Of a stretch of 64,000 nt of DNA, positions 11,450 through 23,241 are shown one piece after another. Source of the stretch: Centroscyllium fabricii (Eukaryota); contig JBNRSN020000011.1 in assembly GCA_051313645.2 (NCBI GenBank), forward strand, positions 119,660,001 to 119,724,000, in the 5' to 3' direction. Each line of letters begins with the position of its first letter. The first letter of the stretch is position 1. The notes under the pieces are model-generated. The model made no database searches and was not told the origin of the DNA. It saw only the letters and a list, made by a program, of their open reading frames with translations. Both the position numbers and the translations under genes were made by a program.

Positions 11450-13498
11450 CTAAGGGTGCTTACTGGTTCTTTTACGAGTGCTCCTACGTGGTGCTATCCC
11501 TGTGGTGTCAGCAGATGTGGAGGCCCCCTGCTGAGTGCCCTGCTGCTCCTGTGTGGACACCTTTGGCGGTCGTCCTCTGGGGCGGCGAGCCGGTGGGGTC
11601 TCGCTACCAGTCTGCTGCTCCTGCGACTGGGCAGGGTATGAGACTTCCATCTCAGGCACATGGGGACTCCGGCGGGCCTCTGACCGAGGGCTCTGCAGTG
11701 GTGTGGACGTGGGAGCACTTGGAGAGGAGCCCCCACCTCCTTCAGCTGCACCACCAACCTCCCTCTCATGGGTCACCTCCCCTTCAGCGCCAGCAAGTGG
11801 CTGAACAGCACTTTGCTGCACTTCAGGGGGGCCATGGGGACCCGTTTCTGAAGTGGAAGTCCTACTCAGAGGGGCTTCCAGGAAGGTCTGGGTCATCTGC
11901 TCAATAGATGCCACTCGCTGCTCAGGAGATGTGTATCTATTGTGGGCAGTGCCCATGTCTTCGAAAGACAGGCGACTTATGTGCTTGATGGCCATGGCCA
12001 TCCTCTCGTCCACGGTCGCTATCCTATCCATGGTGGTCGCCACCCTTTCCATGGTGTTCGACATCCTTTCCATCGTGCTCGACATGCTTTCCATGGTGGT
12101 TGCCATCCTTTCCATGGTGATGCGATCATGCGCCACTGACTCCGCAAGGTCGCTTCTCATGCTTGTGACAGACTCCTCCATTCGCATGACACTCGCAGCT
12201 ACCTGGGAGACAAAACCTGTCAGAGACTCCTGCATCTGTGTCTGGACTCCCATCATGTGTCCTCTGCCTGATGGATCCAAAGGCGCTGTGTCTACATGCA
12301 GCTCAGCTAAGCTGACAGAGTCCTGCGCCCTCCGACTAGGACCCTGCACTGCTGTCCTTGTCTCCACAATCTGCTGAGGCTCACTAGTGCTGTCTGAATC
12401 ACCCGGTGACAAGTTATATGTAGCTCTAGGGGGGCCCACCGAGGTGCTAGTATCGGCGCTGGTGCCGGGTGGAGTGTGTGGTGCTGACGGTGCACCCTCA
12501 GAGGTGGCATGTTCCTCTGAGGACTGGACAGGGGCAGCCTGCTGATGAGCTGCGCTTGTCTGTCCATCTGAGGCTGGCCCTGTGGGGCAGTAAAGGCAGA
12601 GGTTAGAGATATGTCAGCAAGGTTACATACAGATAGCATTCAGGAGCTGAGCAGAGCTGCCTCTGCAGTGCTTTTACATTCATTGTGGCAGTCTCATGTG
12701 TTAGTTTTAAGATACATAATTGAACCATGCTGTCATCAGCTCGAGATTGCCTGCCTGCTTCGCCATCACCCACTCCTGGGGCTTGCCCCTCCCCAATGAG
12801 GTCCAGCACTGCCTCTTCCCAGGTGGTGAGCTGCTGGATGGTGGGGGGTCCTCCTCCGGTCCCGGCGCTGTGCCGCTTTTTGGCGGCTGTCTTTTCCTGC
12901 AATGAGGGAGAGAAGTGGAGGTTGAGTGAGAAGGAAGGAGTTGTTGCAGCGAGTGACCAGCAAAGTTTGCTGTAGGGTGACAAAGATGCAGTGAGCCTGC
13001 AAGACCAAAGGCTCTCCCGTGTGCTTCCAGATGTGCAGCAAGCATGAGAGTGAATGTGAGGGCTGAATGGAGGGAAAGTACCGTGAATGTGAGCATAGAT
13101 AGAGAGGGAGAATAGGTAAGGTTGCTTGGAGGTGATGGGCAAGTGGGATGTGGAGGAAGGTAGCGGTGAAGATAAGTTGTGGTGAGGAGAGGTGAGGGTG
13201 ATGAGATTGAGGGTGAGGGGAAATGAATACTTACTCTGGCAGTGCGATGAAGGTCATGCAGTCGCTTGCGACACTGTAGCCAGGACCGGGGTGTTGCGCC
13301 CAAGGAGCTGACCCCCTCAGCCACCTGCTTCCATGCAGCCTTCGTCTGTGAGGGAGGTCTCTTCCTCCCTGAGGAGGGGAAGAGAACCTCCCTATGGGTA
13401 GTTGTCCCCTCGAGCAATGCGTCAAGGGATGCATCGTCAAATTTGGGGGCGGGTCGTCCCCTGGCGCTGCACGATGCAGCACCCTCACGCTCTGCCAT
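11450..13498 (-). CDS. Harbinger Myb/SANT-like DNA-binding protein, three predicted exons (13498-13235, 12896-about 12740, 12579-11450)
   Basis: RPAPKFDDASLDALL...KAAWKQVAEGV...RSWLQCRKRLHDL; AGA|GTAAGT donor; TTGCAG and CCACAG acceptors; TGGGPP..LTTWEE motif; AT-hook-like RPRGRPPK; exon 2 donor uncertain. Confidence 0.85.
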
Positions 13499-14638
13499 CC
13501 TGATGAAGGTTGCAGAGCTCTGAGCAGTGCGGGAGGCGAGCTGTTTTTTTAAAGAAAACCCGAATCCTGATGTCATACTGTGCGACTTTCTGACTGGAAA
13601 TCGGTGATTGGGAAGGCTTCCCACATGTGGGGAATTAATTGGATCGTTAGAGGAAAATTGCGTGGGAAACGCTGCCACCTAATCGGGCGGGCCAAAAACC
13701 CGCCCCGACCAATTACCACCAGTTTCCCGCCATTAGACGAAAATTCCCCCCACAGTGCCAGTGGTCTTAAGGATGCGTGGGCTTGGACAATGCTCACCCC
13801 GATTGTGTGCTTTCTTGCTCGCTGCTCCCCTGTGTAAACGTGTCTCCTGGTTCCGTATCGCCGATGCAGTATCCAAGTCCCAGTTTCGAGGTTCGTTCCT
13901 ACAGTCGAAGAGCAAGGCGAGGCTCTTGTCGCTCGTGATGGTTTAGAGCAAGCAAGAGAGAGAGAAAATTGCCAAAGCTGCCTTCTCTGTATCCCAAAAG
14001 TTCACATTGGTCTGTGTAGTTGCAGTAATGTCTTTTTAATCACCCTTTCTTTGTCTTCTTTGTCTGGTTTCCCGCCTTTCGGGGCTATCCCATCTAGGTG
14101 TTGGTATTAATGGCAGATGATGGGCCGCACTTCTCACCTGATCCTGGGTTAAGTGGCTTCCCATTAATTTACAATGGCCCTCTTTTGTCCGGTTCCTGCC
14201 TTTCAGGGCTATCTCATCTAGGTGCTCGTTACTTTATGAGCCATCTCCCCGGATCCATTGTCTTCCCAAAGAATTCTGTCTGCCCAGACATTCTCCCATA
14301 ATTAGTTTGTAAGCCTGGCTGGAATCTCCTGTCCACGAACACCTGGGCTCCTCCCATCTTCTCCAAGCAGGCTATTGGTCAAACAGCAGTAACAATCATT
14401 CAAAAGGTCTGATACCAAAACTCCTTGGGGCCTGTGTTCGATGCTTACACCTCAGAGGCTTAGACAGGAGAAATGATAATGGGGAATAAGGAAATAGCAG
14501 CGACTTTAAACAATATTTTGTATCTGTCTTCACAGTAGAAGACACAAAAGTAGCAGATGGCTTATAATGTGGGGAAACATGAAGTTATTCACTTTGGTAG
14601 GAAGAATAGAGAAACAGAGTATTTTTAAATGGTGATTG

Positions 14639-14885
14639 TGTGGCGGCACGCCCACTGGGACACCGAATCCGCCACGGGAACACCGCGGGGCATGGCCCCG
14701 CTCATCCGGGTGACGCAATGATGTCACCACGACTTCCGGCGTGATGACGTCATCAACGGCGGGCAGTTTAAATAAGCTTGCTTCGAGTGGTTCACTCTCT
14801 TTCCTGTTTAACTCTAATGCATTAAACAAGTGTTTTCTCTAGCTCTCTGGCTCACGCATGGTTTCTAGGCCTTGCTGGCGCTACA
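14639..14885 (+). mobile_element. Solo LTR related to the CsRn1-like Gypsy at 43979-48553
   Basis: TGTGGCGGCACGCCCAC...GCTACA resembles the reverse complement of that element's LTR. Confidence 0.8.
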
Positions 14886-16583
14886 ATAAACTATTAAATG
14901 TTGGCGTTCAGAGAGATTTAAGTGTCCTTGTACAGGAAACACAGAGAGTTAGCATGTAGGTACAGCAAGCAATTAGGGAGGCAAATGGCATATTGGCCTT
15001 TATTACAGGGGGGTTGGAGTTGTTAGGATCAGATCAGCCATGATCTTATTGAATGGCGGGGCGGGCTCGAAGAGCCGGTTGGCCTACTCCTGCTCCTATT
15101 TCTTATGTACAAGAGTAAGGAAGTCTTGCTACAATTGTACAGGGCTTTAGTGAGACCACACCTGGAGTACTGTGCACAGTTTTGGCCTCCTTATCTGAGG
15201 AGACTTAGAGGCGGTGCAATGAAGGTTCATTGATTCATTCCTGTGAAAAGAGGGTTGTCCTATGATTGAGCAGATTGGGCCTATATTCTCTGGAGTTTAG
15301 AAGAATGAGAGGTGATCTCATTGAAATATGAGATTCTAAGCGGGATTAACAGGGTAGATGCTGAGAGGTTGTACCCCTCGTTGGAGAGTCAAGAACAAGG
15401 AGCCATAATCTCATGATAAGGGGTCGGCCATTTAATCCAGAGATGTGGAGGAATCTTTTCACTCAGAGGGTTGTGAATTTTTGAAATTCTCTACCCCAAA
15501 GGGCTGCAGATGCTGAGTTGTTGAGTATATTCAAGGCTGAGATAGATTTTTGGACTCTAGGGGAATCAAGGAATATGGTGATGGGGCAGGAAAGTGGAGT
15601 TGAGGTCAAAGATCTTGCAATGATCATATTGAATGGTGGAGCAGGCTCGAGGGGCTACATGGCCTACTCGTGCTCCTAATTCTATTGTTCTTATACTGTC
15701 TACACCAGACACACAGTGCCATAACATTGTTAACTCTAAACTTCAGAACAGCACCCCTGATACATTAGTTTGAGATTTCCATTTCCCTACCATCCATCCT
15801 GTGATCTGAACGAAAATGCATACTTTGTGCCTATTTGTAGCATGTTATGGCCAGCTTTGTGCCTTTGATGACCAGGAGCTGGGCTGATGCCTCCCAGATT
15901 TAGTTTATGAAGGACCCCCTATAAACACAGACAGGGGATTTGATTGGGTCAAACACTGGCCTCAAAGGTAAAAGATGCAGTTTGCTAACCCACTCTCCAG
16001 TGCACTTTCCTCTTTATTGCCACCTAGCTAAACAGCAAAAGATCATTTGTATTGTTAAACTGCAACTGATTGCAGCTTTATCACTTTTGATCTGTGTCTG
16101 TTCCACAGTGTGTACTTACTAATGCATTCTTTATGTACAATACAATGTATATGTTGCTTTACTCTATAAAGCACTGTGAATGTATTGCTCTATTCTATGA
16201 AATATAGTGCATGTGGTGTCGTGTTCTATGATCCAAATAGTTACATGAGCTGCATTATAGCATATGGGACTGGCCTAGATGCAACTATCATTCAATCCAT
16301 TACATAAATCACACCTCAGACTCACAGGTAATAAACACTTATGTTAAGATGTGACTTATGCACTACGGTGCAGAAATAAATAGGTAGTACAGTAGTAAAT
16401 ACTCAATGCAGTAATGCATACATAGTGCAGGTGTTTAATGGCATTCTCCATATTGCCATTCCTATCAAACTTTTCCTACATGTAATAATTTCTCCTACTT
16501 TTATTTGCAAATGTTCCTGCACTAGTCATCAGTGATAAAGCACCAGGAAAATTATACAAATGTGTTAATTACACTTAGAGCTT

Positions 16584-16828
16584 GGGGGCGATTTTGACAA
16601 TGGGGGCGCATTGGAGACGGGACTGCTGCTTGTCGGGTCGTTGTCCCATCTCCATCAACTCGTGGACAAATCACGCTATTTTCCCTTGATTGACCTTGTT
16701 AAGCCCACCAGACAAGGTGGCACGGAGGCAGGTTGGGTGCGGGATGGGCACCCAACCCTTGATTGTGCCATTTTCCCAGCAGTCCCACCTCTATACCCGC
16801 CTCCCCAGGGCTGGCAAGATCGCACCCC
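16584..16828. mobile_element. Small Harbinger-like MITE
   Basis: Imperfect TIRs GGGGGCGATTTTG / CAAGATCGCACCCC. Confidence 0.55.
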
Positions 16829-17008
16829 AAGGTGTATTGCACTGAGCCATACAGCAGAGTGTCCCAGATTCAATTCCCAACTGTGCTGTATTGGCTGCTC
16901 TATCTGGGGTAAGAGTTGGGATGTTACAATTGATCTCACAATACATGAACTTGAAAGGGAAAAAGAATCAAGCCTGACTGCCAATCATTGACCTCTGCTG
17001 GAGACGAT

Positions 17009-20000
17009 GGGCAGGATTTTTATTGGGCCATGGAGGCGGGATTGGAGGCGTGCGGGTGGTTAAAATTGCAAAAACTGGTGGGCGGGCCCTACCCCGCCTC
17101 CATCGCGCCCCCAAGCAATTTTCAAAAATTCGTGTCTAATGGTCCCGATTCCGTCCTGCCTCCAACAGGCGGGATAGGCTGTTAAGGCCCTTAACAAGCA
17201 CTAAATTGCCTCGATAATGCCATTTTGAAAGGTCTTTGTGATTTTCACCCTTTTCCCACATGAAACACGCCTGTTCTGAAACACGACGGTGAAACCTGGC
17301 GGGAGCACAATTCGATTGCTGACTATCAGCTGCAGCTCAACCATTAAAGAGGAGATTTGATCAGCCATCATTTGCAGGTGGCAGGACTTTGTAGTGTCAG
17401 GTCTGGGGGAACTTTTAGAAGGCATAACCACAGCTGTTGGAAGTTTGGAGCCTGACACCCATCTCCAGTGTGACCTCCTGGGAAACCCCTCTCGCCACCT
17501 TCACTGAGCACTTCCTCAACTGAGGCATATGCCAGAAGCATGGGAACCATTTATTTCCTTTCCTCCTGGACGTCAGATTCAGATGAAAACCAGCCATGGC
17601 AGCAGCAGAACCATGAACAACAGCAGCAGCAACAGCAGCAGCAACAGCAGGAGTGCCAAGCTGCTGCTCACCCACCTGAAGCTGCACAGGCCAGAAGGCG
17701 TCAGCGCGCGACCACATTGCTGCCCGGGATGCAAGGAACGCACTCATCTTGGCCAGATTTGCTTAGCCTAGCCAATCAAGCACTTTTGCATCGCAGCTTC
17801 TTACCTGAGCATCGACAATGGCCAAGGACCAGCAGATTCCTAGCAATTTGACCACCGTACTGACAATTGCAAGTAATCCTAAGCCCTCAATGTGAAAGTC
17901 CCATTTGTGATATGACACACACCACAACTACAACAGTAGCCATCAGATTTTTTATGTACATGATTCATATGATGGCTTTTACACATAAAACATCAAATTT
18001 CACCCAAGTGACTACCCTTGTGACTATTTGTGCACTATCTTTCTCTTACGCATGCTCCTACATGGTGCTTCCCCTGTGGCTTCAGCAGATGTGGAGGCCC
18101 CTTGCTCACTTTCTTGCTGCTCCTGTCTTGACACCTTAGGCGGGCGTCTGCTGGGGTGGTGAACCTGTGAGGGTTCGTCAACAGTCTGCTGCTCCTGCGG
18201 CTGTGCAGGGGTTGAGACGCCGATCTCAGTTGGGCGTGGACTCTGGTGGGGCTCAGACCGAGGGCTCTGCAGTGGCATGGAAGTGTGAGCTCTTGGAGAG
18301 GAGCCCCCACTTCCTTAATGTCTGCCACCAACCTCCCTCTCATGGGTCAGGTCCCCCTCAGTGCTTGCAAATGGCTTAAGAGCAACCTTGCTGCACATCA
18401 GGGGGGCCATGGGGACCCATACCTGCACTGCCATGAAGGTCTGGTTTCTCTGTTCAATAGCTGCCCATTGCTCCTCCAGAGATGTTAGTCTATTCTGAAC
18501 ACTCACCATGTTTTCAACACTCTGGCGACTTATCACCTCCATTGAGGTTGCCATTCTTTCCATGGTGATGCGTTCATGTGCCAATGACTCCACAAAGTCT
18601 CTGCTCATGTTAGCGAGGGACTCCTCCATTCGCTCCACACTCGCAATGACCCTGGAGACAAAACCTGCCAGAGACTCCTGCATCTTTTCCTGGAGGGCCA
18701 TCACCGCTGATACTGTGGATGGACACAGAGGCAGAGGGTCGACATGCAGATGAGCCGAGCTGGCAGAGTCCTGCGCCCTCCAACTAGGACTCTCCACTGC
18801 TGTCCCTGTCGCCACAATCTGCTGATGCTCACTTGTGAGCTGTGATACACCAGGTGACAACACTACTTTATGTCCCAAAGGTATCATCGAGGTGTGAGTG
18901 TCCGCGCTGGAGCTGTGTGTGCTTAATTCTGCTGATGGTGTGCCCTCAAAGGTTGCAGTTTCCTCTGATGAGTCTGGAGGCTCAACCTGTTCCTCCTGGA
19001 TAGTGGGGATGGGTTCTTGCGATGGTCCTGTGGGTGAGTACAGGAAAGAATCAGAGATGTGATGCCAAGGTTACATGCACATTGCATATTGCAGATGATC
19101 ATTAGTCCATCTGTTAGAGCTTCTGAAACATTATCAGCAACTCATGCAATGCCAATGAGAGAGATGGAAAACTATTCTGCACCAGCTTGCTGTAATGCAC
19201 CTGTCTGTCCGTCCCCCACTTGCGCATCGTCCTCCAGCCCTACGATCTCCAGGACCGCCTCCTCCCAGGGGGTTGTGGTGCATGTAACATTGTATAATAC
19301 AAGGTTATCATTGCGCACTACATTGTGCCATTGCAGGACAATGCAGTACTGCGGTCCGCCACTACTGTATATAAGCCCGAGCGTGGAGCGATATGGGTCA
19401 GTTCCAGACTGCACCATGTTGAGTAAACATCACCTTTAGTTCGTACCTGTAATACTGAGTCTGTCGTTATTAATCCTCAATAGCTCGGGCTTAACAGGGG
19501 TGAGGTGGGCTACTGATGGTGGCCCTCCTCCTATCCTCGCTCGTTCTCTTTTATTGTGAGCTCTCTTTTCCTGCAATGAGGGAGACAAGTGGATTTTGAG
19601 TGAGAATGAAGGAGTGAGTGTAGAGAATCAATAGCATAGGTACTTAAAATGAGAGAACGATGGAGTGAGGTAGCAAGGCCAAGGGCCCTCCCTGTGTGTT
19701 GTCAGTTGTTTTCATAGCATCAGAGTGATAGGGAGTGTGAGGGCTGCATAGTTGAATAGTTAGGTGAATGTGACCATAGAGAGAGAGGGAATGGGTAAGG
19801 GTGCATGGATGTCAGTGTCAAGTGGGATGTGGAGGAAGAGATTGCTAAAGATCAGTGCTGGTGAAGAACGGCAATGGGGATCAGATTGAGAGTGATGGGA
19901 AATTCATGCTCACTTTTCCAGTGCGCAGAAGGTCATGAAATCTCGTTCTGCACTGTATCCAGGTTCTACAGGTAACCATTAGGGAGTTGATCGCCTCTGC

Positions 20001-20432
20001 CACTTGCAGCCACACAGCCTTGGTCTGCTGAGGAGGCTTCTTCCTCCCAGATGAAGGGAAGAGCACCTCCTTGTGAGCTCTTGCTCCCTCCACTAATGCC
20101 TGCAGGGCAACGTTGTCAAAACGGGGTGCAGACCTCGGTCTTTCTCTAGCCATTCTGCATCCAGCTCAGTGTATCAGCAAATGCCAAAGGGTTGGCAATC
20201 TGCAGAAGAAGCAAGGGCTTGTTGCAGACCCTAAATGCAGCAGCAATAATGACGTCATATTATGCGACTTTCTGACTGGAAATACTCATTTGCCATGGGT
20301 TCCCACACACTGGAACTCAATTGGGCAATTAAGGTAAAATTGCATCAATCTCACACATCAAATTAGATTGTGGGCATAACAGGAAATGAGGATTTCACGA
20401 CACCAACCCGCCCCTGAATGAAAATCCAGCCC
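17009..20432 (+). mobile_element. Internally deleted Harbinger; transposase core lost, Myb/SANT gene remnant on the minus strand at 18024-20153
   Basis: TIRs GGGCAGGATTTT / AAAATCCAGCCC; TSD GAT; MARERPRSAPRF...WIQCRTRFHDL exon; transposase N- and C-terminal remnants fused at 17540-17765. Confidence 0.9.
19274..19496 (+). mobile_element. Solo LTR (Mag-like Gypsy family) in Myb exon 2
   Basis: TG...CA ends; 5-bp TSD GGGGT; reverse complement resembles the LTRs at 31444-31655 and 53755-53966. Confidence 0.85.
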
Positions 20433-21137
20433 GATAAGCCATGTAGACTCTGCATGAACAGTATTGATTGTGAGGCTCCCCTCAGTGGAATAGCTCATCA
20501 AACATCACTTTGTACATTCACACATTAAGTAAGATCACATGGGCAAAGTGTTGAAGATTTGCCAGAGCAGATGAAACCATAGTCAAGNNNNNNNNNNNNN
20601 NNNNNNNNNNNNNNNNNNNNNNNNNNNNNNNNNNNNNNNNNNNNNNNNNNNNNNNNNNNNNNNNNNNNNNNNNNNNNNNNNNNNNNNNNNNNNNNNNNNN
20701 NNNNNNNNNNNNNNNNNNNNNNNNNNNNNNNNNNNNNNNNNNNNNNNNNNNNNNNNNNNNNNNNNNNNNNNNNNNNNNNNNNNNNNNNNNNNNNNNNNNN
20801 NNNNNNNNNNNNNNNNNNNNNNNNNNNNNNNNNNNNNNNNNNNNNNNNNNNNNNNNNNNNNNNNNNNNNNNNNNNNNNNNNNNNNNNNNNNNNNNNNNNN
20901 NNNNNNNNNNNNNNNNNNNNNNNNNNNNNNNNNNNNNNNNNNNNNNNNNNNNNNNNNNNNNNNNNNNNNNNNNNNNNNNNNNNNNNNNNNNNNNNNNNNN
21001 NNNNNNNNNNNNNNNNNNNNNNNNNNNNNNNNNNNNNNNNNNNNNNNNNNNNNNNNNNNNNNNNNNNNNNNNNNNNNNNNNNNNNNNNNNNNNNNNNNNN
21101 NNNNNNNNNNNNNNNNNNNNNNNNNNNNNNNNNNNNN

Positions 21138-21445
21138 TTATTCATTCATGGGATGTGGCCGTCGTTAGCAAGGCCAGCAAATTATTGCCCATCCTAATTG
21201 CCCTTGAGGAGGTGGTCCTGAGCCGCCTTTTGAACCGCTGCAGTCTGTGTGGTGAGGGTACTCCCATAGTGCTGTTAGGGAGGAAGTTCTAGGGTTTTGA
21301 TCCAGCGACGATGAAGGAACGGTGATATATTTCCATGTCAGGATGGTGTGTGACTTGGCAGGGGACTTGGAGGTGGTGGTGTTCCCATACGCTTGCTGCC
21401 CTTGCCCTTCTAGGTAGTAGAGGTCGTGGGTTTAGGAGGTGCTGA
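21138..21445 (-). mobile_element. CR1-group LINE 3' fragment
   Basis: Resembles a common chondrichthyan LINE end (ATGGGATGTGG...TTGCCCATCCTAATTGCCCTTGAG); adjacent to the gap and followed by a TG-rich tract. Confidence 0.6.
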
Positions 21446-21935
21446 CGTGTGAACATGTGCATGCGTGTGCATGTGCGTGTGCATGAACACAGGCAGGTAT
21501 GTCACCAAGGAAATACAAAAAATATATAAAGGATAAAGCACTTTACAGCCAAGAAGAACAAAAAAAATCAAAATATTACACACATACACACCAAACAATT
21601 ACATGCAGGACTGTTACAACTCTGTTAAACAGAGGACATTATATTATAGCAATGTAAGCATTAGTAATAACAAGAAAAATAATGTAAGTTTTGAAATAGA
21701 GTGTGTCAGTTCTCAGTAAATCCGTCTCTTCCTGCGAGCTAAGCCCATTATAACATCAGTCCAGCTCCATATTTTTGGAAACAGCTCTTTATCTCACATG
21801 GTACAGTGACATATGGTAGAAATCAGTGGTTACATCACCGCGCAGTGGCAGCAGATACAAATTCTGGCTAGGATAAGGTAAAACTAACGTTAAACTCTTA
21901 AAAAGACATTGATAAAGTCAATAATGCTTTTCATG

Positions 21936-22269
21936 CTATTTCTGCTGCAATGCGAGTTTACTATAATGGTTGCTTTGTATTGCAGTTGTCCGTACAAACT
22001 GTTCCAGAGAAGGATGCTGCGGCTCACAGAGCTCCACCGCTTTCTTTCAAAAAAATAAAAAAATTGCCGAACGACTGACTTTTCTTACTTGCTCTCAATT
22101 CCTCTTCTTTAAGTTTTATCTCAGATATGTGACTCAGTCCAACTGAACTTTTACTCACAAATGGACACATCTGCATCTTAATGTATTCCAGTTGTTCCTT
22201 TGTCCCACATATGTAGTCAACACTTCTGCATTGAAAAGAGCCGGAAGCCCCGGGCAATGTATCACACAT
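21936..22269 (-). CDS. Candidate last two exons of a host gene (22269-22159 and 22043-21936)
   Basis: 115-nt intron with TTT|GTGAGT donor and TTTTTTTATTTTTTTGAAAG acceptor; joined frame MCDTLPG...QMCPF|KAVELCEPQHPSLEQF...QQK*; a second frame is also open. Confidence 0.45.
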
Positions 22270-23241
22270 CTTTCAAGATTTAAATTAGGTGGATATGCAA
22301 TGTGTTCATAAATCAGACTTAAGAACTGTACATTTTTCTTGTGACTGATTTTATTTGCCAGAAGCCTTAGGCTAAAGTGAGGGGGGGGGGGGGAACTTTG
22401 CTGGCCATCAACATTAAAGTATTTGAAAGGTGCTCTGTCATTTAAAACTAGACTGAATAATTCCCAAATTATGTGGCGTTGTTTTAGAACTTAATAACTA
22501 TCACAAGACCACCTGAAAATTAACTATCAGAAAAAGAAATGAATTGCAGAAATACTGCCCCGATTATAATTTATTATTAGAACCCCCATCATCAATACAC
22601 TGAGTTTCTATTTAGTCGCTTCTCGTTGGCTGATATAACCTTGTATCTGCTGCAGTAAGATTGCAATGTGGCTGAAGATTGGCCCATTCCCATTGGACAT
22701 GGTAAAGCAAAGCACAATGTGCTTTCAGCCCAAATTAGTATTCAAGACAACACATGAATAATATGCTGGGAATAATAACTAAATGGCTTTGGTGAGTTAA
22801 AGGGGAACAAGCATCTAGTAAGGTCTCGCATACAACAGGTTAAGAATTGAAGTTTGGTTTAATCTGAATGCTGCTGACCTCATCAACGCCAAACAGACCT
22901 GATCCTATAAATATCTATTTCCCTCTTCCAGCTCTACCACAATGTGAAAATGCGGTACAATCAGTGTTGGGAAAGTTCACACTTAACAAGAGCTAGCTCA
23001 AAGTTCAGTTCAATCATTTTAAAATGAACTAGTTCAAGTTCNNNNNNNNNNNNNNNNNNNNNNNNNNNNNNNNNNNNNNNNNNNNNNNNNNNNNNNNNNN
23101 NNNNNNNNNNNNNNNNNNNNNNNNNNNNNNNNNNNNNNNNNNNNNNNNNNNNNNNNNNNNNNNNNNNNNNNNNNNNNNNNNNNNNNNNNNNNNNNNNNNN
23201 NNNNNNNNNNNNNNNNNNNNNNNNNNNNNNNNNNNNNNNNN

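Larger units (their letters stand above)
6659..13751 (+). mobile_element. Full-length PIF/Harbinger DNA transposon
   Basis: Perfect 15-bp TIRs GGGGGGAATTTTCGT / ACGAAAATTCCCCCC; 3-bp TSD ACA; convergent transposase and Myb/SANT genes. Confidence 0.95.
6326..14449. mobile_element. Solo LTR-like element (about 1.03 kb: 6326-6658 plus 13752-14449) hosting the Harbinger
   Basis: TGTAGG...CTTACA termini; near-TSD CCTT/CCTC; CR1 is colinear on both sides. Confidence 0.65.
3003..15693 (+). mobile_element. Old CR1 LINE split by at least seven insertions (pieces approx. 3003-3230, 4384-5349, 6316-6325, 14450-14638, 14886-15693)
   Basis: APE endonuclease remnants (LNARS, TETWL, GVALIIK, GDFN); sequence resumes colinearly after each insertion; RT C-terminus (VRPHLEYC) and CR1 3' tail at about 15600-15693. 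Confidence 0.85.

Noticed and set aside
21813-22058. Plus-strand two-exon 45-aa ORF (MVEISGY...FLSKK)
   Set aside because: Weaker splice signals, no recognisable features, and it overlaps the better minus-strand model
22962-23041. hAT-like terminus CAGTGTTGGG
   Set aside because: Cut by the gap, so no partner TIR or TSD can be verified
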